Source: Myxococcales bacterium
GTDB taxonomy: Bacteria; Desulfobacterota; Binatia; HRBIN30
Assembly (NCBI GenBank): GCA_037445065.1
Contig: JBBILD010000017.1
Span: 15,419 to 79,418, forward strand
Reading direction: 5' to 3'
DNA length: 64,000 bases
The notes below the pieces were generated by a model. The model saw nothing but the letters and a program-made list of their open reading frames with translations. It did no database searches and was not told where the DNA came from. A program made the translations under genes and the position numbers. Positions 39,069-48,005 of this stretch are shown here, piece by piece (position 1 is the first letter of the stretch; each line of letters starts with the position of its first letter).

Positions 39069-41339
39069 TTAGTGCAGTCCTCGGGAACGGTGTGCCTCTG
39101 CAAACAGGAGCCAGCCGATGACCTCTCCCGCCCGCACAGGCAGAGCCTCGGCTCGGGCTGCCGCCACGCGGAGCATCCCATCTGTGCCGACGTGGCTGGC
39201 CGCCACACTCTGGCGCCAGGCCCGCGCTAGGCGCATTCGCACAAACGGCGCCGATCCCTCGCGGCCCGACCGAACCAAGAAAAAGTGCGCAATCTGGCCA
39301 TCCTGGCTGGCCTGTAATGGAACGGCGATTCGCGCCCGTGACCAGCGGCGTGGTCGCCCGGCCTTCACGGCCGACTGCATGGGGCCCCCAGGACAGCGCT
39401 CCTCTGGGCAGGTGCCTCCCGGCGGCCCCCAGGAGGCGTTCGCGTCACCGATCGGCAGGGCTTCGAAAAGCAATCCAGAGGCGCCCGTGTTGGGGACGAC
39501 GAGGTCCAGCCGGCCTCGAATACAGCTACTGTCCGAAACCGACGGGGGCGTGGATGCCGCCCCTGGGTGCGCAGCCGGGAAAAACCACCAATCCGAATCG
39601 CAGCGCTCAGCTGCGAGGAGCTGCGGGTCGAGGCCAACGAGGTAGCGCAAAATGTGCACAGCATCGGCCACGCTAAGCGTACCGCTTCCGTTCGTGTCCG
39701 CGGCGAGGTGCTGGGCCGGAGAGAGAAGTTCGAGTCTGACGAGGTACCGCAACACCGCAACCGCATCCGCGGTCGTGATCGCTGCACCCACGCCGCCACG
39801 GGCCCGCGGTTCGAGCCGCAGGCTTTGTTCCGGTTCAGCGGACAGCTCGAAGCCGCCCGCAGAATCCGTGCTGACGATGGTGCTTCCGTGGGAGTTGGTG
39901 GACAACACCTCGACCGCAGGAACACCGAGATCCGACGCCGCGCGCCGCACCGTGCCGGTCAGCAGCACGCTGCCGAGAGTCCGAAGCGGAGTCGGAGAGG
40001 GCGTCGCGGTGGGTGAGGCGATTGCTGTTATTGAGGGGGTCGCCTCGTTATTCCCGATCGCGGCTTCGTCGAGCTGCACCAAGAAAAGCCCTTGCTCGAT
40101 ACCGCTCACCGCAACGGTGCCGCTCGGCAAGAATGGGTAGACGCTCCAAGCTCCGTTGAAGCTGGGCAAATCGTCTGCGGGATAGATGTCAAAAAAGGCG
40201 ATCTCCCGCAGCCCCGCGTTGGCCGTGTCGAACAGTTCCAAGACTCGCAGTCCGGCACGATAGTTGGCCTGGAAGACGAGCCAGTGGCCGCGCCACTCGC
40301 GCACGTACTGGTTGTGATCGATGGCAGTGGTGGAATTCATGAACACGCCGCGGACACTCGGAGCCGTGAGATCGGCCACGTCCCACAGGTACGTGCGCGT
40401 GTTGGACGGAAGTAGGGTCTCGTCGAACTCATCGTCGAGCAGGAAGTACGCGTGGTCGGGAGTCAGCCAACCTTGATGCGTGTAGCCTCGCGCAACGTAG
40501 TCGGTGCGCGAGAGCATGTGCGGCGCAGCCTTATCGGTCATGTCCACGATGGTGAGGGTGTCCTCGTTGGCGCAAAAGCAGATTTCCCGGCCGACAAACT
40601 GCACATCCGGCCCGCGGTACAGCACGCAGTGTGCGTCATGCGTGTACCCGTCGGCCGCGAAACATCCAGCGTACCGCGGTGCCAGCGGGTCGCTGAGATC
40701 GATTGCATGCAGGCCCCCGCTGCACGTGTTACTGCCGACCGCGTACGCGAACCCCGTCTCCTCGTTGACCACAAGATTGTGCGCGTTGCTGAAGCCCGTA
40801 TACCAGGCGTCGGCGGCAAAGTTCTGGGGTGGCGAGGTCACTGCCAGCAAATGGTTGAGGTCGAACACTTGCAAGCCATGAAACGGAGCTTCACTGACCA
40901 CTAGCGCGTAGTGGCCGTACACCTTGATATCTCGCCAAAACGAGCTGCCGCTCGCGGTCGGAAGCTTGCCCACAAAGAGGGGACGACGCGGGTCGGTCAC
41001 CTCTACAAAGGCCGTACCGTCGGAGCGGCCGAAGAGTACGAATTCGCGGCCGCTCTGGGGTTCGGCCCAGCCCCACAGGTCGTTACCGCTCCCGCTTCCC
41101 CCGAGCGCGGCGAGGGGCAGGTAAGACAGCAGGTGCGCGTTGCGGCAGGGGTACACGGCAGCCAGCCCTTGTTCGCAAGGCGTGAACGATAAGGGCTGGG
41201 GGAGTACCCCGCTCCGGTCAGGACCATCTGCGCCCGCTTCCCCGTGAGCGAGGGCGGCCTGGGCAACGCAGCCGAGCACAGCGAGGGCACCGAGGATCAG
41301 AAGGACGGCGGTTCGATGATGCCGTTGCGTGTGTTGCAT
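39069..41339 (-). CDS. Secreted choice-of-anchor-B-like protein with a Pro/Thr linker and dockerin-like module
   Basis: Signal peptide; NDLWGW, WRDIKVY, AHN, YTHDAHC, YTHQGWL, DDEFDE, IDHN and GAWSVYP; then ADTNGSGTLSVADAVHILRYLVG. Confidence 0.85.
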   Translation of the reverse strand: MQHTQRHHRTAVLLILGALAVLGCVAQAALAHGEAGADGPDRSGVLPQPLSFTPCEQGLAAVYPCRNAHLLSYLPLAALGGSGSGNDLWGWAEPQSGREFVLFGRSDGTAFVEVTDPRRPLFVGKLPTASGSSFWRDIKVYGHYALVVSEAPFHGLQVFDLNHLLAVTSPPQNFAADAWYTGFSNAHNLVVNEETGFAYAVGSNTCSGGLHAIDLSDPLAPRYAGCFAADGYTHDAHCVLYRGPDVQFVGREICFCANEDTLTIVDMTDKAAPHMLSRTDYVARGYTHQGWLTPDHAYFLLDDEFDETLLPSNTRTYLWDVADLTAPSVRGVFMNSTTAIDHNQYVREWRGHWLVFQANYRAGLRVLELFDTANAGLREIAFFDIYPADDLPSFNGAWSVYPFLPSGTVAVSGIEQGLFLVQLDEAAIGNNEATPSITAIASPTATPSPTPLRTLGSVLLTGTVRRAASDLGVPAVEVLSTNSHGSTIVSTDSAGGFELSAEPEQSLRLEPRARGGVGAAITTADAVAVLRYLVRLELLSPAQHLAADTNGSGTLSVADAVHILRYLVGLDPQLLAAERCDSDWWFFPAAHPGAASTPPSVSDSSCIRGRLDLVVPNTGASGLLFEALPIGDANASWGPPGGTCPEERCPGGPMQSAVKAGRPRRWSRARIAVPLQASQDGQIAHFFLVRSGREGSAPFVRMRLARAWRQSVAASHVGTDGMLRVAAARAEALPVRAGEVIGWLLFAEAHRSRGLH

Positions 41340-41570
41340 AAAACCGAAGGGAGTATGCGCTCGTGGCGCCACTCGGTCTAGCGGTAAATTGGACCAGGCA
41401 CGCGGAGTTCGATCATCGGCGCTTGTTTCCGGTAACGGTTTCGTCGTATGCAAGGGAAGGTTTTCGGGGAGTTCGCTCGAGCACAACACACGAGGTGGCC
41501 CGGGGGGCGCCGCGGGCGTTGCGGCATCTTACCGAGCCGCAGGAAACACACGTGCCCAAGGGAGGAAGGG

Positions 41571-42053
41571 ATGCAACTGCGATGGCTCGCCAGCGCGTGG
41601 CTGTGCAGCTTCGCACTTGTGGCGCAAGCTGCCTTCAATCCGCCTGAGCAAGGACCGTTTTCCGAAGTGGATTCCGACACCGTGCACTCGATCGCGGCAC
41701 CCGCTGGAATGATGGGAATGCTGGTTGCCGCCTTCCCTTGCGGAGCGTTGCTGTTGCCGCTCGACATCGCCGAAGAAATTCGGAACCCGCAATCCGAGTT
41801 TAGTTCACGCTTCGGCTATCCCATTTGCATCTACCCGGGTTTGGTCGGCTACCATCTAATCTACTTCGCAGTGGGTTTTCCGATCTTCTTGGGAAAGGTG
41901 GTGTTTTGGGATGTACCGCGGCGGTTCTGGTGGTACGGTCCGCCACCGACGGGCAAGCCTGAGGAGCAAAAGCCCCCGCGTAAGCCAGAGAAGTTACCGG
42001 CGGGGGCACGCTTGCACGTCAGGCCGCCGGTACAGTTTGCCACCACTCGCTGA
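41571..42053 (+). CDS. Hypothetical exported or membrane protein
   Basis: Strong RBS GGAGG, signal peptide ending AQA, hydrophobic segments, Pro/Lys-rich tail. Confidence 0.65.
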   Translation: MQLRWLASAWLCSFALVAQAAFNPPEQGPFSEVDSDTVHSIAAPAGMMGMLVAAFPCGALLLPLDIAEEIRNPQSEFSSRFGYPICIYPGLVGYHLIYFAVGFPIFLGKVVFWDVPRRFWWYGPPPTGKPEEQKPPRKPEKLPAGARLHVRPPVQFATTR

Positions 42054-43239
42054 GAATTTGTGCCGGAGTTTTGTGCAGGGGAATGGGGAGTACGCGGGGA
42101 AGGGCAGAAGCGCAGTCAAGGCCCGGAACGCCGCTGCGCTCGGCGGCGAGCACGAAGGCGGCGACTTCGCAGAAGTGCTGCCGCTGCAGGAAGCGCGCCC
42201 AGCGGGCAAGTTCTCGCGCGTAGCTTTCGAGCCCTTGGCGTAATCCATAAAGTGCTTGGGCTGCTGCAAAGTCGAGCCAGGAACCACGGTCGAGTTCGAT
42301 TAGGATGGCCCGCCCGTCGAAACCGGCAAGCCAACGCTGCGCCACATCGGGCAAAGCCTCTCCGGGGCGTAGGGCAAAGTGGGCGATGGTGAATGCGCGG
42401 CCGCCGGGAAGTAAGTGATCGCGCCAGCCGCGGATGATACGCGCTAGCACCCGATCCCCGCGCGTGCCTCCGCTGTGGTAGCTTGGCGCCCGCTGGAAGG
42501 GCGAGGGAACAAACGGGGGGTTGGCAACGATCGCGTGAAAGGAGCGGGCGGCAACGGGGCGATACAAGTCACCAAGCCGGAAGGTGAGGTGATCGAGCCC
42601 GCAAGCGCGCGCGTTTAGCGACGCGAGTGCGACCGCCCGTGGCGACACATCCACCGCCCATACCTCGCGCGCCGTCCGTGCGGCAAGCAATGCCAACACG
42701 CCGGAGCCCGTGCCCAAGTCGAGCACCTGCGTTCGATCCGGGAGGCTCAGGATCTCGGCGAGAAGCAACGAGTCGCTGCTCGGCGGGTAGACCACGCCGC
42801 CGCGTGGCAACCGGCTCGGGCTGCAGGTGACTGGGTCGAAGCGGCGGTCCGCCCAAACCAGAAACTCCGCCACCGGTTCGGCACGCAGGGTCGCCTCCAC
42901 TTGGTTACCTCGAACCCGCAAGAGTCCGCTCGTGCAGGCGCGGTAGAACAGGTCTCGGCCCAGGGCCGCACGCAGCTGGCGCGCGGGCAGACCCGCCTCG
43001 AGCCAGAACGCCAGCACTGGTGCCGCAAGGGCATCCTGAGCACGCGCCTCTCGTTCCACGAGGGCAGCGCGGCGCAGGGGGCTGATCTCGTCCGGGTAGT
43101 GAAACCCGAGACGGCGTCGCAGTTTCTCTTGAGTGTAGCCGAGCGAGCGGAGCCGTTCGTTGAGTGCAGCGAGCAGGTTCGCAAGCGGTCCGAAGAGCGC
43201 GGCGCGAGGGGAAGCACGATTGGATCGCTGCTGCTCCAC
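42019..43239 (-). CDS. SAM-dependent methyltransferase (HemK-like NPPF) with N-terminal extension
   Basis: VYPPSSDS, LDLGTGSG, GDLY and ANPPFVP motifs. GTG start directly after the pepA stop. Confidence 0.85.
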   Translation of the reverse strand: MEQQRSNRASPRAALFGPLANLLAALNERLRSLGYTQEKLRRRLGFHYPDEISPLRRAALVEREARAQDALAAPVLAFWLEAGLPARQLRAALGRDLFYRACTSGLLRVRGNQVEATLRAEPVAEFLVWADRRFDPVTCSPSRLPRGGVVYPPSSDSLLLAEILSLPDRTQVLDLGTGSGVLALLAARTAREVWAVDVSPRAVALASLNARACGLDHLTFRLGDLYRPVAARSFHAIVANPPFVPSPFQRAPSYHSGGTRGDRVLARIIRGWRDHLLPGGRAFTIAHFALRPGEALPDVAQRWLAGFDGRAILIELDRGSWLDFAAAQALYGLRQGLESYARELARWARFLQRQHFCEVAAFVLAAERSGVPGLDCASALPRVLPIPLHKTPAQILSEWWQTVPAA

Positions 43240-43240
43240 G

Positions 43241-44710
43241 TCACCGGATCCCGGCCAGGTAGCGGAGAGTCGTGCGTACCCCGAAGCCAGTGGCGCCGCG
43301 GGGGTGGCAGGGGAAGGGTTTGTCTGTGCTTGCAGTGCTGGAGAAGTCAATGTGCGCCCAGGGAATGCGCTCGACAAACTCGCGCAGAAACAGAGCTGCG
43401 AGGATCGTTCCCGCTCCACCCTCGCCCACGTTTTTGAGATCGGCCACGTTGCTTTGCAGCTCGCTACGGTAGTCCTCCACCAGCGGTAGCTCCCACAACC
43501 GCTCGTTGCTTGCCTCGCCGGCCGCGATCAGGTGTTGGACCAGGTCGCGGTCCGTGCCGAGAATGGCGGCGTAACGCGTTCCGAGCGCCGCGCGCACCGT
43601 GCCCGTCAGGGTGGCAAAGTCAATGATCACGTCAGGGCGAGCCGCCGCCGCGTAGGAAAGCGCATCGGCGAGCACTAGGCGTCCCTCCGCATCGGTATTG
43701 AGCACTTCCACCGTTTTGCCGTTCCGAGCGCGCAGCACGTCGCCGGGGCGAATGGCGCTTCCGCTCGGCATGTTTTCGGCTGCTGCCACGTAACCGCGGA
43801 CCTCCACTGGCAGATTGAGTGCGCGAGCCGCAGAGAGCACTGCCAGCACCACTGCTGCCCCGGCCATGTCGCGCTTCATGCTCATCATGGCGTCGGCTCC
43901 CTTGAGCGACAGCCCGCCACTATCGAACGTGATTCCCTTCCCCGCGAGGGCGATCTTTGTAGTATTGCGCACCCCCTTGGGCCGGTAGATCAACTCGATA
44001 AAACAGGGTGGCTGTGCGCTGCCCTGCCCGACGCCGAGGATGCAATCCATGCGCGCTCGGCGCAGCGCCTCCACACCGAAGATGCGCGCGCTGAGGTCGT
44101 GCGCGCGTGCCAGCCGTTTGGCTTCCTGCGCCAGGTACTGGGGTGTGACCACCGCACTCGGGCGGTTGACCAAGTCGCGCGCGTAGCATGCGGCGCCAGC
44201 GAGTAGCTCGCCACGCCGCGCTGCGCACTTGAGTTCTCCGTCCCCCTCGCACAGCAGCGTCAGGTGAACGAGCGGTGAAGCCGAACCCACAGGCTTGCCC
44301 TTGTATTCCGTGAACTCGTAGGTGGCGAGCAGCACACCCTCTACCAAACGTTCCACCGAGTCCGCAGCCGTTAGCCCGGGAGGCAGAGCAAGGGCGGCGT
44401 GCGACGCGCTCGCCTCGCGCGAGCGGATCGCCACCGCGTCGGCGACTTGATACCAGACCGCAGGCGTGTCGGCGCGGCCGAGACCGAGCAAAACAACCAG
44501 GCGGCTCGGGAGGCGTCCGTGGGTTTGGAACACAGCGATTTCACCTGCTTCGCCTTTGTACCGCTGGGCCGCAGCTTCTGGGATCAAGGCTCCGTGCAGC
44601 TTGCGGTCGAGCTCTGCCACCAGCGCGGTCTTCCAGTCCGTCGTGGTGGCGAAGAACAACACGTCCGCAGCCACGTGTTCTGGGGAGATGGCGCGAAATT
44701 CGATTTTCAT
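43241..44710 (-). CDS. pepA: Leucyl aminopeptidase (M17)
   Basis: GKGITFDSGG, MKRDMAG, NTDAEGRL, ATLTG and WAHID motifs. Confidence 0.95.
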   Translation of the reverse strand: MKIEFRAISPEHVAADVLFFATTTDWKTALVAELDRKLHGALIPEAAAQRYKGEAGEIAVFQTHGRLPSRLVVLLGLGRADTPAVWYQVADAVAIRSREASASHAALALPPGLTAADSVERLVEGVLLATYEFTEYKGKPVGSASPLVHLTLLCEGDGELKCAARRGELLAGAACYARDLVNRPSAVVTPQYLAQEAKRLARAHDLSARIFGVEALRRARMDCILGVGQGSAQPPCFIELIYRPKGVRNTTKIALAGKGITFDSGGLSLKGADAMMSMKRDMAGAAVVLAVLSAARALNLPVEVRGYVAAAENMPSGSAIRPGDVLRARNGKTVEVLNTDAEGRLVLADALSYAAAARPDVIIDFATLTGTVRAALGTRYAAILGTDRDLVQHLIAAGEASNERLWELPLVEDYRSELQSNVADLKNVGEGGAGTILAALFLREFVERIPWAHIDFSSTASTDKPFPCHPRGATGFGVRTTLRYLAGIR

Positions 44711-44731
44711 GGGTTGGGCTTTCGCTCCTTT

Positions 44732-45028
44732 CTAGCCACTGTGTTTGCGCAGGTATTCGAGCAGCACATCGCGCTCACTGGCGGTCAGAGGTGGAAGGCC
44801 GCGGCGCACCATTTCGCCTTGCATCGCCTCTACCTTCATCTTCCACATCTCGAATTTGAGGGACGAGGGGGCATAAAGGCGGTGGCAGGTGTTGCAGCGT
44901 TGGGCGTACAACTGAGCTCCAGGGGATTCCGGCTCCGGAAGCGGGGCGTTACAGCCTGCCCCGAGCCACAAAAAACCCGCAATTGCGGCGCGCCACAGCG
45001 ATCCACCGTGAGCCCTGGCTGCCCTCAT
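44732..45028 (-). CDS. Small monoheme cytochrome c, probable lipoprotein
   Basis: Lipobox-like LGAGC, then LYAQRCNTCH (CxxCH) and distal Met residues. Confidence 0.85.
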   Translation of the reverse strand: MRAARAHGGSLWRAAIAGFLWLGAGCNAPLPEPESPGAQLYAQRCNTCHRLYAPSSLKFEMWKMKVEAMQGEMVRRGLPPLTASERDVLLEYLRKHSG

Positions 45029-45537
45029 CCCCGGTCACAGAAGAAGGCCATTTGCCCAGGGGTTTCTGCCACTCCGACCTCGATGGTGAACGCATCTGGA
45101 ATGCCGTCGGCGGCTAACTCCCGGCGGATTTCGCCAGCGAGGAAACGGGCCAACTCTTCGGCGGAGGTGTGGACGATTGGTAGCAGGACCACGTCCTGGG
45201 CGGGGAAACAAAACTCGTCTTGCTCGAAGCGAACCGACACTTGCTTGCCGTGCTGTTCGATGTGGAGGCAATCGCTTTGCGCCGGCAGCAGGGTTTTCTC
45301 GTCGAGCCGCTTGCACACGCGGCGGGCCACCTTCTTCACGATCCCGAAGTCCAGCACATATCCCTGTGGGCCGAGTTCGCCGGCAATCTCGACCGAGACG
45401 CGGTAATTGTGGCCGTGCAGGGCCTCGCGAAATCCGGGATACGCGATGAAATGAGCGGCATTGAACTTGAGATAGTCTTTGCTGACGAACACCCGAAATG
45501 CACCGCGAGGGGATGTCACGGTCCTAACTCCCTTCAT
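45025..45537 (-). CDS. 6-pyruvoyltetrahydropterin synthase family protein (PTPS-III-type motif)
   Basis: FNAAH, EALHGHNY, LDFG, SAEELA and VAETP motifs; start uncertain. Confidence 0.85.
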   Translation of the reverse strand: MKGVRTVTSPRGAFRVFVSKDYLKFNAAHFIAYPGFREALHGHNYRVSVEIAGELGPQGYVLDFGIVKKVARRVCKRLDEKTLLPAQSDCLHIEQHGKQVSVRFEQDEFCFPAQDVVLLPIVHTSAEELARFLAGEIRRELAADGIPDAFTIEVGVAETPGQMAFFCDRG

Positions 45538-45643
45538 CCGGCGCGCAGCGCGTGCCGGTCCACCCCACACCGTGGTCTGCCATGGGCGCGATTCCTAACG
45601 TCGGGCTCATTTCAGTCAAGCAAAGGACCTGGTGCGCCGGGGT

Positions 45644-45958
45644 TCAGTGGAACGCCGCGGTTACGTCGAAATGCACCCGCTCCTCTTGCTCGCACTCGCG
45701 GCACGCCAGGCGTGTCACGCGATAGCGGCGGTTACCGGAGGGACGCGAAAACTCGCCCAGCAAGCGGGTCGGCGCGCCACAGTAGGCGCAGCGGTGGTGT
45801 TGCAAGAAACGATCGATTTCGTCGAAGCGCTGCACCACCACGGCGCGTTCGAGGGTGGCACCGGGTCGCTGGCGGCGAGCACGGCGATCGCGCCACGCCC
45901 GCCAGCCGACGGAGGTCACAGCAGCGATGATGGCTAAGCTCAGCAAAATGCCGATCAT
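45644..45958 (-). CDS. Small membrane-anchored zinc-ribbon protein
   Basis: N-terminal TM helix, CAYC and CREC pairs, ATGA overlap with the upstream antiporter gene. Confidence 0.75.
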   Translation of the reverse strand: MIGILLSLAIIAAVTSVGWRAWRDRRARRQRPGATLERAVVVQRFDEIDRFLQHHRCAYCGAPTRLLGEFSRPSGNRRYRVTRLACRECEQEERVHFDVTAAFH

Positions 45959-47940
45959 GGCTGTTCGTCGGATGCCCTCCCTTCGAGCACTTTGAGGGCC
46001 CGGTCGAGCTGCTCGTGCGCTCCGACGAGGATCAAAATGTCGCCTGCTTGCAGCGGCTCGTCTGGCTCCGGGTTGGTGATCGTCTTGCCGCCGCGCACGA
46101 TGGCGATCACAGTGGCACCGGTCGTCTTGCGCAAGCGGAGATCGCGCAGCGAGCGGCAACACAAGTGCGAATCGGGGGTGACCAAGAAGGACTCGGTGGT
46201 GGTTGCGGCGAGGATGGTGTCCAGTTGGGCGAGAGTTTGGCGGGGTAACTCCAGACCACGCAACATGCGGTACCCTTCGCGCCGGATGAGGTCCACTTGA
46301 GCATTGATGATGTTGCGCGGTACCCGTAAGCGGCGCAACACGCGGGCGAAGATCTCCACCGAGGTCTCGAATTCTTCCGGGATGACCTCGGTGGCGCCGA
46401 GCTGGCGGAGGCCCTCGATTTCCGCGACGTAACGGGTGCGCACGATGAGCGGCACGTCTGGATTGAGCGCGCGCACCTGGGCCACAATGCGCCGGGTTGC
46501 GTGCGCATCGGAAATCGCGACCACGACCACTTGTGCGTGCCTCACGCCACTGGCCTCCAGTACCGCTGGCCGCGTGGCATCGCCGAATCGAACCGCCAAG
46601 TCGCGCTCGCGAGCGAGCTGCACGCGACGCGGATCGAGTTCCACGACCACGAACGGAATGCCGGTGGCTTGCAGGACACGGCCCAGGTTTTCGCCGTTGA
46701 GCCCGTAACCGATGATCACCACCTGCGGTGACCGCTCGAGCGAAGCCTCCGCCGCGGCTGAGGGAGGGCGTCCGAAGAACCGCTCTCCCCAATGCCACAC
46801 TCGGGGCATGGCGGTCATGAGAAATGGCAAGGGTACCATGGTGAGCACCGCAAGTCCGCAGAACTGCTCGTACGCGGCAGGTGAGAGGAGCCCAATTTCG
46901 AGAGCGACCAGCATGAGCACAAAGCCCAACTCGCTCATCGAGGCAAGTGCCGCACCCACCTGCAGTGCCACCCGCGCGGCCCGATAGAAGGCGTAGACGG
47001 CGAGCGCAGCCAGCGTGCCTTTTACGATTAGGATCGCGAGCGCGGCCGCAACGTAACGCACCGGATCGGCAAGCACCCCTGCCACCGGCACCAACATGCC
47101 GACAGAGATAAAAAACACGCTGTTCAGGGTGTCCCGGAAGGGAAGCACGTCCGCGAACACCGCATGGCTGTATTCTGATTCGGAAACCACAAGCCCGGCA
47201 ATGAAGGCGCCGAGAGCCAGGGAGAGGCCGAGCTGAGAGGCAATCCAAGCGGTGCCCAACGCCAACAGCAGGATCGTGCCCGAGAAGACCTCGCGGCTAC
47301 GAATCTCGACCACCCAAGCGAGCAGCCGTGGAAGCACGAGCCAGGCCGCACCGATCACCAGGGTGAGGGCGAGTACCGCTTGTAAGAGGACGCCCACGCC
47401 GGCGGACCAGGAGAGGCTTCCCGCCGTGCCGAGCGAACGCAGGAACAGCACCATGGGGAGGAGCGAGAGATCCTGAACCAGACAGACGCCGAGAGTGATC
47501 CGCGCGTGCAACGTGTCCACTTCCTTGCGGTCGCTGAACACTTTGAGGGCGATGGCGGTGCTCGAGTGGACCATAATGAGGCCAGCCAAAAGGCTGGTGG
47601 TCGGATTCAGCCCCAGCCCAAGCGCCGCTAGGCTGGCCGCCGCAATGGTGAGCACAAGCTGTCCCGTTGCGGCGAGAATCGCGGTGCGGCCGAGCTGCAC
47701 GAGCGAGCGCAGGGAAAGCTCCAGGCCCACCACGAACAGCAGCAGGATCAAGCCGAGTTCGGCGATGGCTTGCACGGCCTCCGTGTGATCGATCCAGGCG
47801 AGCCCGTGCGGTCCGATCACTGCTCCGGCTACCAGGAAGCCGACCAGGGGAGGCACTTGCCAGCGCTGGAACAGCGCCACAATGGGAAGCGCCGCCGCGA
47901 AAACGACCAGTAGGTCGCGCAAAATATACGTTTCGCTCAT
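45955..47940 (-). CDS. CPA2 (Kef-like) cation:proton antiporter with TrkA-N and TrkA-C domains
   Basis: ELGLILLLFVVGLE, SSTAI, QDL and FFISVGM; then IIGYGLNG, FGDAT and a C-terminal RCK_C-like domain. Confidence 0.93.
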   Translation of the reverse strand: MSETYILRDLLVVFAAALPIVALFQRWQVPPLVGFLVAGAVIGPHGLAWIDHTEAVQAIAELGLILLLFVVGLELSLRSLVQLGRTAILAATGQLVLTIAAASLAALGLGLNPTTSLLAGLIMVHSSTAIALKVFSDRKEVDTLHARITLGVCLVQDLSLLPMVLFLRSLGTAGSLSWSAGVGVLLQAVLALTLVIGAAWLVLPRLLAWVVEIRSREVFSGTILLLALGTAWIASQLGLSLALGAFIAGLVVSESEYSHAVFADVLPFRDTLNSVFFISVGMLVPVAGVLADPVRYVAAALAILIVKGTLAALAVYAFYRAARVALQVGAALASMSELGFVLMLVALEIGLLSPAAYEQFCGLAVLTMVPLPFLMTAMPRVWHWGERFFGRPPSAAAEASLERSPQVVIIGYGLNGENLGRVLQATGIPFVVVELDPRRVQLARERDLAVRFGDATRPAVLEASGVRHAQVVVVAISDAHATRRIVAQVRALNPDVPLIVRTRYVAEIEGLRQLGATEVIPEEFETSVEIFARVLRRLRVPRNIINAQVDLIRREGYRMLRGLELPRQTLAQLDTILAATTTESFLVTPDSHLCCRSLRDLRLRKTTGATVIAIVRGGKTITNPEPDEPLQAGDILILVGAHEQLDRALKVLEGRASDEQP

Positions 47941-48005
47941 CGGGAAAAGGCTGGCTCGGGTTTTTTGTCGAAAAGCGGAACCCGCGCAACCGGCCGGTGG
48001 CCCGA

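Noticed and set aside
45025..45537. queD gene symbol
   Set aside because: The catalytic Cys of CxxxHGH is absent and there are no queC or queE neighbours.
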